From NCBI GenBank assembly GCA_038087875.1, contig JAXLNO010004626.1:1-64000 (forward strand): a DNA stretch of 64,000 nucleotides, read 5' to 3'. A program made the translations under genes and the position numbers. Below the pieces are notes generated by a model, which was given only the letters and a program-made list of their open reading frames with translations, ran no database searches and was not told the origin of the DNA. Numbering within the stretch: position 1 is the stretch's first letter; each line of letters opens with the position of its first letter. This DNA comes from Malacoraja senta. Its lineage: Eukaryota. Shown piece by piece: positions 61,708 through 64,000 of this stretch.

Positions 61708-62856
61708 ATGAGTAAACTGTCTCCAGCTGTGAGCCCTCAGAGAGCAGTGAAAAAGCTGCTGAAAGACCAGAAGAAGTCTGAAGCAGAAGTTACCTCTGAA
61801 GTCTCTGAAGTCTCTGAAGTGGCTGCAGAAATGGATACAAGATCTAAGAAAGAGTTTGATGACTGGAAGAAATCAGTGGAAAATAGGAAAGATGAGATTT
61901 TGGACGAAAATAAAATTATGATGGAAAATATGAAGAAAAATATGAAGGAAGATAAAAAGGAAAGGAAGGAAAATAGGAAGGAAGATAAGAAGGAAATGAA
62001 AGAAAATATGAAAATAATGATGGAAGGAATGGAGAAGATGATGAGGGAATTAAATGCTGGTAACCAGAAGAATATGATTGATTCACTGGACATTATGAAT
62101 AAACGAATTGATGAGGTGAAAGATGGACTATCAGAGAGAATGGACAAGATGGATCAAACTAATACGGATAAGTTCACGGCTGTGCTTGAAACAGTAGCTG
62201 CAAGTATGCACACAATTACGGAATTGGAGAAAAACATGGCTCGAATGGTTGAAGACATGGCGAAAATGAGGCAAGAACATGAGCAAATGAGGCGAGAAAA
62301 CGAACAAACTTCACTACAGATGGTGACTCAACTGGAGAAAGTCTCAGTCAAATGCCTGGACCTGGAAGCTCGCTCTAGACGCCAGAATTTGAGAATTCTT
62401 GGAGTTTCAGAGGGAGCCGAAGGGGAGGACGTACGTGAGTTTGCCATGGGCTTGCTTAAACAATTGCTGAATCTTTCCAAAGAACCGAAAATCGAAGTGG
62501 CTCATCGTGTCCCAAGATTTAAACAAAGATTTGGTGCGGGAAAAACTTATCCATGACATATTATTGTGAAATTTCGGGACATTTTAGAACTGGAAGATGT
62601 TATGAGTAAAATCAAATACGGTGTGCAATTGCGGCTGGACAATGATACTATTAAGATATTCAGGGACTACCCGTATGAAATTGTGCAAAAAAGAAACAAA
62701 TTTGAGAAGGTTAAAGATCTTTTAAGAGGGAGAGAATGGATCAGATTTTGGATTTTTTATCCCGCGAAAATGCGTATTTCCTTTAAGGGTCTTGAAAAGT
62801 CATTTGTTAAGCCTGAAGAAGCGTTTAAATATGCTCAAACTATCGTTGAAAAATAG
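61708..62856 (+). pseudogene. L1-A copy 2 ORF1 with a premature TGA at 62554-62556
   Basis: ORFs 61708..62556 and 62566..62856 are in one frame; CGA (Arg in copy 1) has become TGA. Confidence 0.88.
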
Positions 62857-64000
62857 AAATGAGAAGGGAGATCTGAACCATTTTAAGCAATGCTTTGTCT
62901 GGGGATAGTTACACTGTTATCTTCGGAATGTTGAATCAAGGACACTTTCTGTTCAAAACGAGTAAACAACTGACCAGATGGCAATGGTTTATACCAGAAA
63001 GCTTATAATTACTTATTAGAATATAATATTATAACCAATTGTAAGAACTTATCCTATTAACAACTTAATAAATTATGCATGTTAGATTAGAATACTAATA
63101 AAAACAAAAATAAAAAATAACGAACTAACTTACTAATATGAATTTTTAATAAACTGAAACCTTATCTATAAGTGGGAGGAGGGGATGAGAAACGAGCAAC
63201 TGGCTTAGGTCCAGTGGCACGTCTCGTTAACCCCTTCAACCAGCAGTTGATTTTTATAGAAGTCAAAAGTATCGGTTTAATAATCAGTAGTTAAAATTCC
63301 GATATATATATATGTTACAATGAATTACACAGGGTAAAAGTGTATTATATATCTGAATCTGAGGCCCCGTTTTAATATTATAATATGTTATGATTAACCA
63401 AGAGAGCGGAGCTATTTGTGTAACAACGCAATGGAAGTCAAAACAAGGTTTTTTCCCACCTACAGGTGGGATACTCGCTACAGTGCCGACTATATTAGAC
63501 ACTGTATCTTCACTTTTATAGTTTTTTTTTAATCACATAAAATCACTTGTTTATGTTTTGTGCTTAGTGACAAGCGTAAAATGGACATAACAGCAAAACT
63601 TAAAAACTCAAAAGCTCCCCCAATACCTAAAGACCTGGGATTTGGACGCACCACAAGATTTAAAGGTACTATAATTATTCAAAATGCATGACACCACACA
63701 AAAGAACCTAGGAGGAATCTCATTTTGTAGTTGGAATATAAGAGGTATTAACGAACCTATTAAAAGTGGTAAGATACTAGCTCAGCTGAAATTGTACAAC
63801 TCCGACATTATCTTCCTACAAGAAACACACCTAAAATCTCAGGATCAAGTTAGGTTGAGGGCGAAATGGATAGGTCAAACATACCACTCTTCATTTACTT
63901 CAAAATCTAGAGGCACGTCAATCATCATAAGAAAAGGTATACCACTTAAAGCAAAGAATATTATAACAGATATAGAAGGGAGATACCTAATAGTTAATGG

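Larger units (their letters stand above)
55136..64000 (+). mobile_element. L1 family A copy 2, 5'UTR interrupted by L1-B; ORF2 starts at 63684 and runs off the window
   Basis: 5'UTR 55136-55261 and 61641 onward matches copy 1; ORF1 61708-62856; ORF2 MHDTTQKNLGG at 63684. Confidence 0.93.

Overview
Vertebrate genomic DNA, most likely a cartilaginous fish (skate or ray). This is inferred from HE1/V-SINE-type SINEs, CR1 LINEs with (CATAGAAA)n-type tails and the style of the zinc-finger gene. The window is overwhelmingly transposable elements, often nested: many CR1 LINEs, three distinct L1-clade families, two DIRS1 tyrosine-recombinase retrotransposons, a Tc1 transposon, L2, Rex1/Babar and RTE-X-like fragments, a rearranged Ingi/Vingi-like insertion, Penelope-type hammerhead-bearing repeats, tRNA-derived SINEs and several satellites. 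It also has nine N gaps. Host-gene material is limited to four items: (i) a CpG island at ~4.4-5.0 kb with head-to-head candidate first exons; (ii) two MHC class I-like exons on the minus strand (Ig-C1 alpha3 exon 30362-30628 with an AA instead of AG acceptor, and a transmembrane exon 27576-27683); (iii) a tandem C2H2 zinc-finger gene with an early in-frame stop (44598-45824); (iv) a second CpG-rich island at ~47-48 kb. No rRNA, true tRNA gene or CRISPR array is seen. The most unusual observations are an upstream ORF coupled to the ORF2 start in all three L1 families, an L1 copy with intact TSDs and an in-frame loss of the whole RT, the orphan class I exons, and the inverted 5'+3' Vingi-like insertion. 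I found no clear-cut new biological system; these are candidates to test. Element edges without TSD evidence are approximate (tens of bp).
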